Counted from the first letter of the stretch, positions 27,601 through 38,838 are shown. The stretch: 64,000 bases of DNA from Lepidodermella squamata (GCA_047495785.1 JBLDXI010000013.1:2914001-2978000), one strand, 5' to 3'. Notes: generated from the letters alone by a model not told the origin. A program made the numbers and translations.

Positions 27601-30269
27601 CAGAGCTTTAAAGAATGTCTATTTGTAAAACCGGCTATAATATCCATATTTCTCGTCTTGTCGAGTATATCAGGAGACATTTAGCCAGGCGCGCACTCGC
27701 TCATAATTGCAACAACACGAATTATGCAAAGGCACATAATATAAAAATAACAAAATGATATTAATATAGTAAGTGAGTGGTTGAAAAGCAGGCACCGAAA
27801 AACAAGCGAAATTGAGCGCACAGCAGTTTTCATATCTCGCTCGCCAACAGTAATAATCATCATTCAGTAAATGAAACAAATATAGTAATAATAAATGGCA
27901 ATAAAAGCAATGGCAGAGGAACCATTAGCGGGCGAGCCCAGCCAGCAGGAGGTACACAATTTTTGCGCTTATGTAATATCGCAGCAGTATCAAAACGTGG
28001 TTGGCTCGTAATGCGCGACTTATTGTTCTTGTGCAAAAATATTAGCTCAATCAATATTAAATATTGAAAAACGCAAAAACTGGAATATATGCGCGCAAAA
28101 AATAAAACAATAAAAGCCCATTATTACGCCTAATATGCAGATTTTGCAAATTGCCCATTATACAAGTTATTATTTTTCCGTATTACGGCCGCCAAAAAAA
28201 TGCCGCTTCAATAAATTTCATCTTAATATTTTTATAATCAAAGCCCGGCCTATACAATTACAAAATATGTGATGTCGTGTCGGCTGGAAACGATAGAAAA
28301 TAATGATGGAGGAAAAGCTATTTTCGCAAAATATAGAAATTATTTATTCAATCAAGCATAAAAAAATACAGAAACAACGGGCCTATTTAGCTCCCCCTCG
28401 AAATTTTATGCAACTTCACCCCTTTTATAGAATTTTTCCGCGAAAAATTGATTCGTTTCTCAGCGGAAATAGGACAACAAAAATAATAATTACTTCCTGT
28501 TAATATTTTGCCCAGATCACGCGGAAATGAAGCAGTTGAAGTCAAACTTAGTGAGCTAATGAATTATCCAGGAATATTATTTTTGCAAATCGTTAGCCGA
28601 CAAAAAATAAATGACTTCGTCTCCCAATAGTGTCGCCTTCATCGCTGTGGGATTAAAAATAAAGCCTGCGAAAACCAAACAAATTATTGAAAAAATGTTT
28701 TATCGAAGATTAATTTAAACAGGGTGCATTAAAATGTGAGAGCTATTTTTCATGTGGGTGGTATTTTGCAATTACCGGAAAAAAATTAAATACATTTCGC
28801 CATAATTATAAGAATTTTTTGCCACAACTCCCTCTCATATCTATTATCGCGCTCATCGATGATCCGCATCAATAATCGCGGCTATATTTAGTGGGTGACT
28901 TTAATTTTTCAGATTACCTCACATTTCACGGGCACGCGCTTCGTCGCCGATATTAATGCGCATATAACAACATTATATATTGCAAAAATATTAATAATTT
29001 GAAGTCCTTCAATGCATTAATTTTGATTTGCTGCTTATTTCCCAAGGGTTATTTTTCGAAAAGGATCAAAAAGCTCACGTGAACGTTTTACAGATAATCA
29101 GCCCTTCAAATGAGAGCAAAAAAGCGCCGTTTAATTAGCCGCTAAAATAGCAAATCTTTACCGAGAAAGTTGAACATTTGACTTTGATTACGAAATAGTT
29201 GCACCTGCAACTTTTTGATCTCGAATAAATCGTTCTACCTGGTGAGCAAATAGCTCAACTTTTATTTGCCTTGTAAATGTTTTTCAATAGGTACATAATG
29301 ACTCCGTTTATTGCATTATTTTTTCATCGTCTTTTTATTTCTGAATAAAATTATTCACATATTATTAAAGGCGCGAAAGCAAAGTCAGCTCATTTTTTCA
29401 CCTTTATGAAAATACCTGTGCGTGCGAGCAATATTTGGGTTAGAGCGAAAACAATAACAGTTTTATGACGAATTATCCACAAAATACTCGCGCTAATACA
29501 GAGTCAACGCAAGTGTTAAAAAACCCAACCTGTGGCTGCTACGCAATTCGTCACTGTATTATGCGAAAAAATATCCCAGAACCGTGTAATAAAAACTGTC
29601 AATTATTATTATTTTTTATTTTCATCTAATTATTTTGCGTGTGCACCGCCAGGTATTGCAACTTTTATGCTAATAACTATATATATTTAATTGCGCAGAG
29701 AAAACTGACGTTTCAGTGCAAATTATATTATTATTTTTATCATCCCCACCATTTTCACACTTGTGTGATGGCACGCAACATCAAAAAGAGAGTCATCTGA
29801 TGTCTGAGGCGGTTGCTCGGGATTGCTGGTCGCGATTGGGGACGATAATTTTTCCTTTATTTAGCCGATGCAACTTGAAACCTACACCTATAGCGACAGA
29901 CATATTTTGACTCCTGCCCTAGGTTCGGATGTGATGCATCTTTCGCATCCTTCCTGTAATAGGATCCGCGGATAAAAATAGCTCTGGTGCAATTTTCCCG
30001 TCTGTTGACCTCGTGATATATTCGCACATCGAAATCAAATTACTGCTCCGAGGCAACCTGCTAATTATGATGTTTCGCCAAACCGACAACAAGGCAGCCT
30101 TTTTGATAGCAAGTAATCCTGGATCAAACATCTCCGAAAGACTGAACTCGAAAAATGTGAAAAGGAATAGAAAAAATCGCCTGCAGCTCTCCCTAAATTT
30201 AAGACCTCATTATATAAAGAAAACAGGCCGAAAAAAATTACAATATTTTCATTTTATTTTCGCTTTAAA

Positions 30270-32416
30270 ATGTACGGTCTTCTGATAAAAGCCGCCCTGG
30301 CTTACTTGGGGCAGGCGTATCCAGATATAAGCCAAGACGTACTGGAAGAACTCGGCCTGAGTGACCAGCGTGACATGGACCAGTTTCAGATGTACAGTGA
30401 TAAGATCTTCACCCGAATGGCCAAGCTGCTGGCCGATAAGACCGGCGAGCCTGAAGACCACCTTATGGAAGGATTCGGTGGCTATGCCATCGATTTCATG
30501 TGCAAGGTCGGCTACCAGGATTTGCTTTTCAGCCTCGGCCGATCGCTGAGCGACCTCCTTAATGAACTCGACAACCTGCACGAGTATATTCGGATGTCTT
30601 ACCCAAAAATCAAAGCGCCAAGCTTTATTTGCTTGAAGGAATCAGTCGACGGCATCACGCTGCTCTACCGAAGCAAGCGTAAAGGCTTCCAGACCTACGT
30701 CATCGGTTTTTTGAAGACACTGGCAAATAAATTCTACGCAACATCGACAAGTATCGAAATATCGACCACAAGAGACATGGGCGATCGGCATGAGGCGGTC
30801 TACCGGTTGTTTTTCGACAACTCGACCCGCTATTCATCGGCAGCTGACGTCATCATGCGAGATGTTTACTTTAAAAACAAAGTAATTCTGGCGGATACGA
30901 TTTTCGAAATCTACCCGTTTCACATTCTGATCAATGACACGATGGAAATTCAATCTGTCGGCCAGGGTTTGAAGCACTTGTATTCAAAAATTCTACGCGA
31001 AGATTTTTCGTCGCTATTCGAAATTGCCCGCCCTAATGTTGAGCCGAATTTCCGTACGATTCAACATCATTTGAACAATATTTTCGAGATAAGTTGCTTG
31101 CTGACCCCTCGCGGTGGTATGAACGATGAGCCCCAGCAGGGTGCTGGCGGGAATAAGCGGGCGTTGACGGGCCCTCAAGAATCATTAGGCGTCGCAGGGA
31201 AAAGTATGGACAACAACATGATGAAAACCAATGACAGCAACGTTTCGAACGAAGCTGACCTAATTTTGAAGGGTCAAATGATTTTTGTGAGTTTTAATGA
31301 GTTTGACCTAGAAAACCAACGCAATTATTATTTTACAGATTGAAGAATGGAACTGTTTGCTCTTCATCGGCTTTCCTATGTTGGTTGTTCCCGAGCAAAT
31401 GCTTCGAGTTGGCCTTTATGTATCAGATTTGAGTTTGTTCGATTCATCACGTGATTTGATCATGGTTGCGAGTCAAGACATGAGTGACAAAAATCTTACC
31501 CAGGTTTTATTAGTTTGACCTATATAGTTTTTATGCGAATTTTCTTCTCTTTAGAAATTGCTGTCGGTAAAATCTGATGTTGTCGCTGAGGCTTCGCATA
31601 TCACTGAAAAAACCAAGGAAGACTGGCAACGAATTCACTACGCCCTACTACCGTCCACAGTCGCCCAGAAAATGATGCGAGGTGAGCCAACCTAATAAAT
31701 TGAAAAATTTAATTAATTTGATTCAAATTTAATTTTTTAGGTGAACCAGCTTATGCATTGGCTACAACCTTCCCGCGAGCTACAGTAATCTGCGTTGAAG
31801 TCATCGACGAACGATTCGACTCGTTGCTCGGTGAAGTTTTCTCTCACATCGAAGATATTCACCGTGATGCGGCGACAATTTGCGCGAAATACGATTTCTA
31901 TAAGGTGGATGGCCGTTTGACGGAATTCATGATGCTCTGCGGCGCTCCTGATGCCATTTCCAAGGCTGAAATATCCGCCTGCGTTGGGGCACTCGCCTTG
32001 GTAGCTAATGCCAAGCCAGCGCTGAGAGTTGGAATCGCTACCGGCCCGATTTCGGCAGGGGTTGTAGGCGTGAAACTGCTCGCTTACAAGTAATGACCAC
32101 TTCACAAATTTAAGAGTCCAATCCCATTTAATTTTAAACAGGCCTTTCGGCGATACAGTAAAAAATTCCAGACATTTGTCCAACCGCTGCGATCCAAGAA
32201 AAGTGTTGGTTGACGAGGCTACGATGAATGCGTGCTCGAACGACCCCGGGCTAATCTTCGAAGCAGCGTCTGCAGACAAGCAACAGGTGAAATTCGTGAA
32301 TTTAATCGTAAATCACAAAATTTCATAATTTTTCTAAATAGCTACCGCCTCAAATGGTGTGCTATTTTGCGAAGAAGGCATCGAAGCACAGCAGCAAACC
32401 CAAAGACGGAGCTTGA
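30270..32416 (+). CDS. Atypical soluble guanylyl cyclase-like protein (H-NOX, PAS/HNOBA, coiled coil, degenerate cyclase); exons 30270-31286, 31339-31503, 31555-31681, 31741-32089, 32142-32286, 32342-32416
   Basis: MYGLL start, LDNLHEY heme His, YRSKR (YxSxR), LKGQMIF, GLYVSDLSLFDSSRDL, ALLP, RVGIATGPISAGVVG, FGDTV. TATA at about 30210. Confidence 0.88.
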
Positions 32417-32536
32417 GAGACTCTGATGAGGACCTGATCATCCTTGAAAGACAGAATTATATCGTGCAATTATTGTAAAAATGTTCAAGTTGAAGTAAAG
32501 CTTTTGTGCTGTTAATATCCTTCGGACCCAAAATGC

Positions 32537-32932
32537 AAAAACAGGCTCCAAGTGGTTGATATTTTTTGATAAATTCGACAACCACTTGGGAGCCGTTCGA
32601 TTTGGGCCCTCGGGGCAACATGTCCAACCCTTGGCGCTCGGGGGAGAGCGATAGCAGGGCTGCTGCGGACATGCTGAACCACCGGGTGGTTGAGGGCGGG
32701 AGACTGAGGCCTTGAAAGGTTCAGCCGAATTCAGCGAAGTAAGCATGAATTTTCGAAGTAAGCTACATTTTGCGCCAGGATCGAAGGCTGAACCAATCCG
32801 TTACCCACGGGTTACCATGGGACGGATCGGGAGCCTCCGACGGTGTACAGACACCACCTGGCGTCGGCCGAAACAACAGCGTTGGAACTGCTGCTTTAGC
32901 GCTTGACGACATGTGTTGATGTGTCAGACTCC
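32537..32932 (-). ncRNA. Structured ~396-nt Pol III-type ncRNA candidate (possibly 7SK-like)
   Basis: TATATAAA about 30 nt upstream, 5' GGA start, many helices whose G-U wobbles work only on the minus strand, and a terminal hairpin followed by TTTTT. No credible ORF. Confidence 0.6.
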
Positions 32933-32958
32933 GAAAGAAAAGAGGCAAAAACGCCACG

Positions 32959-32966
32959 TTTATATA
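32959..32966 (-). promoter_or_regulatory. TATA box of the candidate ncRNA
   Basis: TATATAAA on the minus strand, followed by a pyrimidine-rich spacer and then GGAG. Confidence 0.5.
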
Positions 32967-33683
32967 GAGAAGGGGTATGAATCATTTAGCGCGATATTGA
33001 TTGTATTAGCCTTTATCAACTGAAAGAGCGTAGAACGTCGCGTGACGGTTGATAACATCAAATGATGCAATATTGCGGTCATAGAAAAGTTCTTACTAAT
33101 TCGATTCCATATTATCATACTTCGAGCGCCCTTTCTAGATTTAGTCTCGTTAAATAATTAAATAAAAATAATTTCCAGCATGGGCGTTTGGCCATATGGA
33201 TCTTTCACTGACCATTAATTATTTGATAATGCCCCTCTGACGCATTTTTGAAAAAAATTATTTTGGTATCCAGGTAGGGTCATTTCAACTAGACAGAAAA
33301 GTTTCGTTTTTTATCTAGCGAATATTCGAGCGAACTTCAAGAGGCTAATAGGAATCCCAGGACCTTGGCACCTTCAGGCACGTTCTACCTCTCAGATCTA
33401 CCAGATACAAGACTACCAGTAAATTGTTACAGAGCTGCTTCAGCTTTCATATAGGCTAATGCAAGAAAAGGGTGTGGCGTTAATTTAACCGATTAAGCTC
33501 ATATTATTTCGCGCACTTAACTTTCTAATCTCCTCATTTCCGGGGTCACCTTTTTGCACGAATGAGACGGGAACAGTTCGGAACACGGAACCAGGCCCGC
33601 CTGATAAGAAGAAACTCATACGAGTCATTCTTTCACCACATCCTCTTTTTTGGAATTAATTATTACACAATAACTTTGTGAAA

Positions 33684-34602
33684 ATGTACAAGCTAGCAGC
33701 TATTGTTGTTTTCGCCAGCTTCAGCCTGGCTGTTGCATTTCAACCCATCAAAACATGCGAAGAGACAGGTGGAGTGTGCGCCAATGATGGAGAGTGCTGC
33801 CCTGGCCTGTACTGTTACTCAGCAACAGGTCTGTCCATCACAAACCATGTTTTAGGACTATAGAAAAACTCTTCTTCATGAGATTCTCATCTTTTAAGGT
33901 GGATTTTCCGACATCCCAATTTTCACACCCGCCAAAATTAAATTAATTTGGGAGACTATTGAACCTTATAAATGCTGGTTTTCATAAACAATTGTTTGAT
34001 CAATTCTGAGTTGTCCAAGACTTCGAGTTTTGGGTAAATTTCCGAGTTTAAATGTTTTAAATCGATGAAATCAAAATGAATAGGTTTAGCAAAAGTCATC
34101 AATCTAAATTTTGATAAATGAAAAATAAGGTCAAAATGCTTATGCCCTATTTATGTCCGATTCATTAAGACTTCAGTGCCAAGAATCGAAGAGATGTTGT
34201 AGCCCGTTAACTTTTACAACCTACGAAATCTAAAAAACCTGTTATTTGATTCTAACAGGTAAATGTAAAAGGAAGTGCATAGCTGGTATGTTCGGTTGCT
34301 TCGACGGCCACGAATCGAAATGCAACGAAGCTGGCGGTCAATGCCAAGCGAACAGCAATTGCTGCCCTGGATTGTTCTGCAACCCCGAGAATAAGTTATG
34401 TAAGAGGAAATGCGAAACTGGCCTTCTGGGATGCGACGATGGCCATGAAACGCAGCAATGTCGCGAAACGGATGGTGAATGCAGCAATGACGGAGATTGC
34501 TGTCCTGGTTTGTTTTGCAACAGTGAAAATGGACGCTGCAAGAGAAAGTGTGTTGCTGGTATGTTTGGCTGCAATGACGGCCATGACGCCACCAGGCCGT
34601 GA
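33684..34602 (+). CDS. Secreted protein with three tandem knottin/ICK-like 8-Cys repeats; exons 33684-33828, 34259-34602
   Basis: Signal peptide MYKLAAIVVFASFSLAVA, then 3x C-x6-C-x5-CC-PGL-x-C-x6-C-KRK-C-x2-G-x2-GC-x-DGH. A phase-1 GT-AG intron joins the two ORFs. Confidence 0.85.
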
Positions 34603-35112
34603 ATTTAATATAGCCTGAACCCTGACAGCTTGCTTGATTTGATTTTAAAATTAGTGTTGACCCAAATAATCATGCTGAATAAAATTTCAAATTTCGGTAC
34701 CAGCTTTCTTTTTAGTCCTCTAGAACAGAGTATGAAGTCCAAGGAATCTGGCTGATATTGCGCCAATATTATACAAAGACCGGTTCTCCAAGGTGATAGT
34801 GCCACGTCCGGATTTAGCTAAAATTCGTAACGTGCCTTGAAAATTTAAATTAGAACGCAGAATCCAAAGCCAGGTTTCACACGTGCTCTATACAAATGGT
34901 GCCAAGGAAAATTAGTTTGAATTTTGTCTTAAATTGAAGATCAAAATGGAACCTTTTATTCGTGAAATGAATGGCGTATGAGGACGCAGCTGAATGAAAG
35001 AGAACGTGGATGAAAAAACTTGATCCTGAAAACAGTCACCATCTGCTCCTACCTTGCTATATAACGCGGCAATAAAACCTCAGTTGACAAACATAACTTC
35101 AAAACCTGAAAA

Positions 35113-36776
35113 ATGATTGCATATCTAATTGTTCCAGCAGTTTCTTTCATCGTGTTATTCTGGATATATCGAAAATATGTTCGACATCGCTACTTCGAGA
35201 GGTTAGGAATTCCAGGACCTACGCCTCACTGGCTGTATGGGAATATGGCCGAACTTCTAAGCAGTAGAGATCGAATGAAAATACCAGAATGGACCCGGAA
35301 ACATGGCAAAATGTACGGCATCTACGAGGGAGCACTGCCAATTTTGGTCATCAGCAGCCCTGAATTGATTGAACAAGTTACTGTCAAGGAGTTTTGGAAT
35401 TTTCAGGGCCATCGAGTCGGCCCATTTCAAGTATGTGCACCTTATTTCTGATAGATATAATCCAAGCTAAAATTCGAATTTTAGCCTGACCCCGAAACTG
35501 ATATGGGCACCAAGGATTCATTATTCGCCGTCGACGTGTTTTTCGCGTGGCGAGATCACTGGAAGCGTCTGCGGAACAAACTCAGCTCAGCTTTCACCAT
35601 GGCAAAGATCAAGAGTTACCACCCTCAAATGCAAGGCGGTCAGAATGAACTGTTGGAATTTATCGCTAAAACCGAAGGCTCTGAATTCAACATTCAAACG
35701 CTGTTCGCTCGATTCACGATATCAGTCATCGCCGGGATGGCGTTCGGTCTCGACTTGAGCGGCTTGGTTAGCGGCAAAAGTAAGCAAGGCGAAAGGGTCC
35801 TGGACCTTGCGATGGACATGTTTGCCTTCTTCCAAAACAAGCCAGCCCTCCTTCGAATGGCATTTTACCTAACTGAACTAGCCAGACCCTTGAAATGGCT
35901 ACTAGAATTCCAGACCAAGCTTATACCACTTGGCCCTATGGTCCCGTGGCTCAAGCTCCGAGAGCTGTGTAAAGAAGTCGTGAAATTTCGCAAGGAAAAT
36001 CCAAATCTGCGGCGAAACGATGTTCTGCAGTCTCTTCTTGATGATTCAGCCCTGAATCCTAATGCAAAGCTAGAGGACGAGCCTTTAACAGAAGATGAAG
36101 TCCTAATTCAAAGCATGGTCCTCCTCGTTGCTGGAACTGAAACAACATCGACTTGCCTAAGTTTCACTAGCTATTTGCTAGCTTCGAATCAACAAGCTCA
36201 AGACAAACTATACGCTGAAATCATCTCCGCTTTCCCACAAGGAACCGACAATATCGATGCGGAGAAATTATTCTCGCTGCCTTATCTTGATTGCGTCATC
36301 AAAGAGTCTTTAAGGCTGTATCCGATCGCGTACACTACAAATCGCTATGTCCTAGAAGACACCCAGCTCGGCGGAATTCCGCTGAAGAAAAAGTTTGGAT
36401 TAGTTCTGGCTGACATCTATTCAATGCACCACGACCCAGAATACTGGGGCAAAGACGCGGAAAAGTTCGTTCCGGAACGCTTTCTACCCGAAAACTCGAT
36501 AGATAGGCATGATGCTGCGTATATGCCATTCGGCTATGGGCCCAGAATTTGCGTCGGTAAGACTACAAATTCTTATTTTGATAATTGAGAAAATTTGATA
36601 ATTTTGCAGGAATGCGACTGGCCATGTATGAGCTGAAACTTACGCTGGTGAATATTATCAGAAAGTTCCGACTGGTCGAGCCAGAAGGCGGCTATCCGAA
36701 GACAGGCCTTCCGATAGCTGTTGAAATGGTCCTGGCTCCCGCGAATGGTGTACCCATTCGGGCTCTTAGAAGATGA
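35113..36776 (+). CDS. Cytochrome P450, CYP3 clan; exons 35113-35430, 35485-36556, 36610-36776
   Basis: N-terminal anchor, GIPGP hinge, WKRLR, AGTETT, ESLR, PERF, and heme motif PFGYGPRICVGMR across an intron. TATA at about 35058. Confidence 0.93.
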
Positions 36777-36910
36777 AAAACACTCTTTATGATTCGCATG
36801 ATAATTAAAACCAGTAGACTAAAATATATAGCTTTTATTGCACGTCGTTTCGAAATCAGTCACAATTTCATCATCAGGTGAAATGAGTTGGCATGTAAAC
36901 GGAGTTTTTC

Positions 36911-37165
36911 AGAAAATATAAGTCATAGGAATAGATATAATTCAGTAATTTCAATGTGGTTTTTAGATATAACGCCCACGAGAAATGGATGCCAAGGGCC
37001 CCAAATGGCCTAATGATTCATCAGCGGCTTAGTGGCCTCAAATTTCCGAAATTTGCGCCACTAAGCCGTTGATAAATCATTAGGCCATTTGGGGCCCTTG
37101 GCATCCCTTTTCTCGCGAGCAGGCGATCTTTAGTGAATTATATCAATACATATGACTTATTTTCT
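36911..37165. mobile_element. Foldback/MITE-like nested inverted repeat
   Basis: Inner near-perfect palindrome 36979-37115 (ggatgccaagggccccaaatggcctaatgatt...aatcattaggccatttggggcccttggcatcc). Outer imperfect inverted repeats ataagtcata...gatataattca and tgaattatatc...tatgacttat. Confidence 0.7.
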
Positions 37166-37766
37166 ATGAGATAAGTAGACCATTAAAGGTGGATATTTCC
37201 AACATCAGGTGTGAAGTTCAGCAATGACTCAAGAACTCCTCATTCAAAACAAAGCTGCAATAAGCTTGCTTTTCGTCATTCTCAGCGTCGAAATACTAGT
37301 AGAACTCATGGTAGAACTAGCACAAACCAGCATTCCGCCATTGCTACATATCAACGCTTTGAATAGACACTTGAGGGAACTGGATATCGCTGACTTGTAC
37401 GCAGCCAGTGTCGAATCCAACGCATGGTTCTTTCGAAAAACTGCCGTATACTCTAACTGCACAACAGCCAAACCGTAAAATGTCTGAAAGCCGAAAGAAA
37501 AGTATCACGCAGTTCTTTTGAATATGAGGTTTCTCGAGATCGCGCTTTCTCGGCATCGGTTGCAGTGCCAGTCAATCGCATAGAAGAATGGCATAGGCAT
37601 CATCGATGTTTCGGAGAGACACGAGAGAGAAATTGTAATTGTTGATCTTTTAACAAGACCAGTTCAGCGAGTCAAAATTATTGCTTAACTAATAGCTCAT
37701 TCAGTTTTCGCCCAGGCGGTGAGTTACTGAATGAACATCCGAAGTAAGCAAATATTTTGGAGGGCG

Positions 37767-37839
37767 ATTCCTACGGAGGATTCGAACCTCCCACTGTGTT
37801 CAACGATGAACACCGCTCTACCAACTGAGCTAGTAGGAA
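37767..37839 (-). ncRNA. tRNA-like cloverleaf with non-canonical anticodon arm (not a standard tRNA)
   Basis: TTCCTAC-TA-GCTC-AGTTGGTA-GAGC-G-GTGTT-CATCGTTG-AACAC-AGTG-GGAGG-TTCGAAT-CCTCC-GTAGGAA. All four stems pair perfectly and the A and B boxes are intact, but the anticodon loop has 8 nt and no U33. Confidence 0.8.
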
Positions 37840-38256
37840 AATGGCTGCTAAGCAGCAAATTCACGTCACAGTGAAAATTGCTAGCCTGAGCAGCAAAGAA
37901 TGAGAAAAAATGAGCGTATTTATACGGCCTTAGGCTCACCTATAAATAATTCAGACGACTGATGCAATTTTATTCAAAAGGTTGCTTAGTGCGGAGGTGA
38001 GGATTCATTATCAATTCAACGTTAAAAAATGAAACGTCAATACTGAATAACTAAGAAGATCAACCTATTGTTCTCAGTGTGAAAAGAAAAGAAAGAAAAA
38101 ATTCAATAAATAACAATGCCAAATCCAAGTCAGCAAAAGATGATTCCATTCCGTCCTGTTCTCACTTAATTTTTTGAATAACAGTTCAAGCTCAAATTAA
38201 TAATAGGTACCTTATATTGCAATTAGTCGCTTTGAGGCATTATTAGACATCTTGAA

Positions 38257-38838
38257 ATGGCGAACCCACCGTGGAATGCCCTGGCTGGAAAATGGCAGGC
38301 TGATCGCAGTGAGAATTACGATGAATATCTGAAAGCGATGGGTACGAGATTTTAAAATTTCATAATAAATATTCTGTACTGTTATAATTGAAATCAGGGG
38401 CTCCTCCTTTTATCATTAAAATGGTTACATCGTCAAAGTCCGCCCTGGAAATTTTAGTCGAAGGAGAACAAATCATAATTCCGAATTCGTCTTCGGTATC
38501 GCAGCAAGGCAATGAAATCTTTATTGGTATAAATAAATTATTTGTGTTATTTATCGATTTATTCATTAACTGATTTTAGTAAATGGCCCCGAAACTGAAG
38601 CTAGCTTGAACGAGAAACCAGCTAAAGCTCGCTCGGTTTGGCAGGATGGAAAATTGATCATCGACATTTCATCGCAATCCGATTCGCAAAAACTTACGCG
38701 AGAAATTCGCGGTGACGAGCTTGTTCAGGTTTGTATATAATTTCTTATATAATTCGCGAATAAATTATTCATATTATGTAGACAATGGAACTAAATTCTG
38801 GCGTCAAATGCGTGCGATATTTCAAACGAGCGGCGTGA
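38257..38838 (+). CDS. Fatty acid-binding protein (FABP/iLBP); exons 38257-38341, 38398-38526, 38580-38728, 38782-38838
   Basis: LAGKWQADRSENYDEYLKAMG N-terminal signature, TREIRGDELVQTM and CVRYFKR. Three introns, as is typical of FABP genes. Confidence 0.9.

Noticed and set aside
32537-32932. SRP RNA, RNase P/MRP or telomerase RNA
   Set aside because: I could not find the SRP helix-8 motif, the P4 CR-I/CR-V pair, or a CUAACCCU-type template.
32438-32957. Short ORFs on both strands, or a 40-bp plus-strand intron at 32739-32778
   Set aside because: No recognisable protein results. Strand-specific G-U helices, TATA and T-run fit an RNA gene better.
37224-37600. 84-aa ORF or possible transposon remnant
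   Set aside because: No recognisable domain or splice structure.
37767-37839. Canonical tRNA-Arg(TCG) or a +1 frameshift-suppressor tRNA
   Set aside because: The loop has no U33 or purine 37, so no anticodon can be assigned. Reported as tRNA-like instead.
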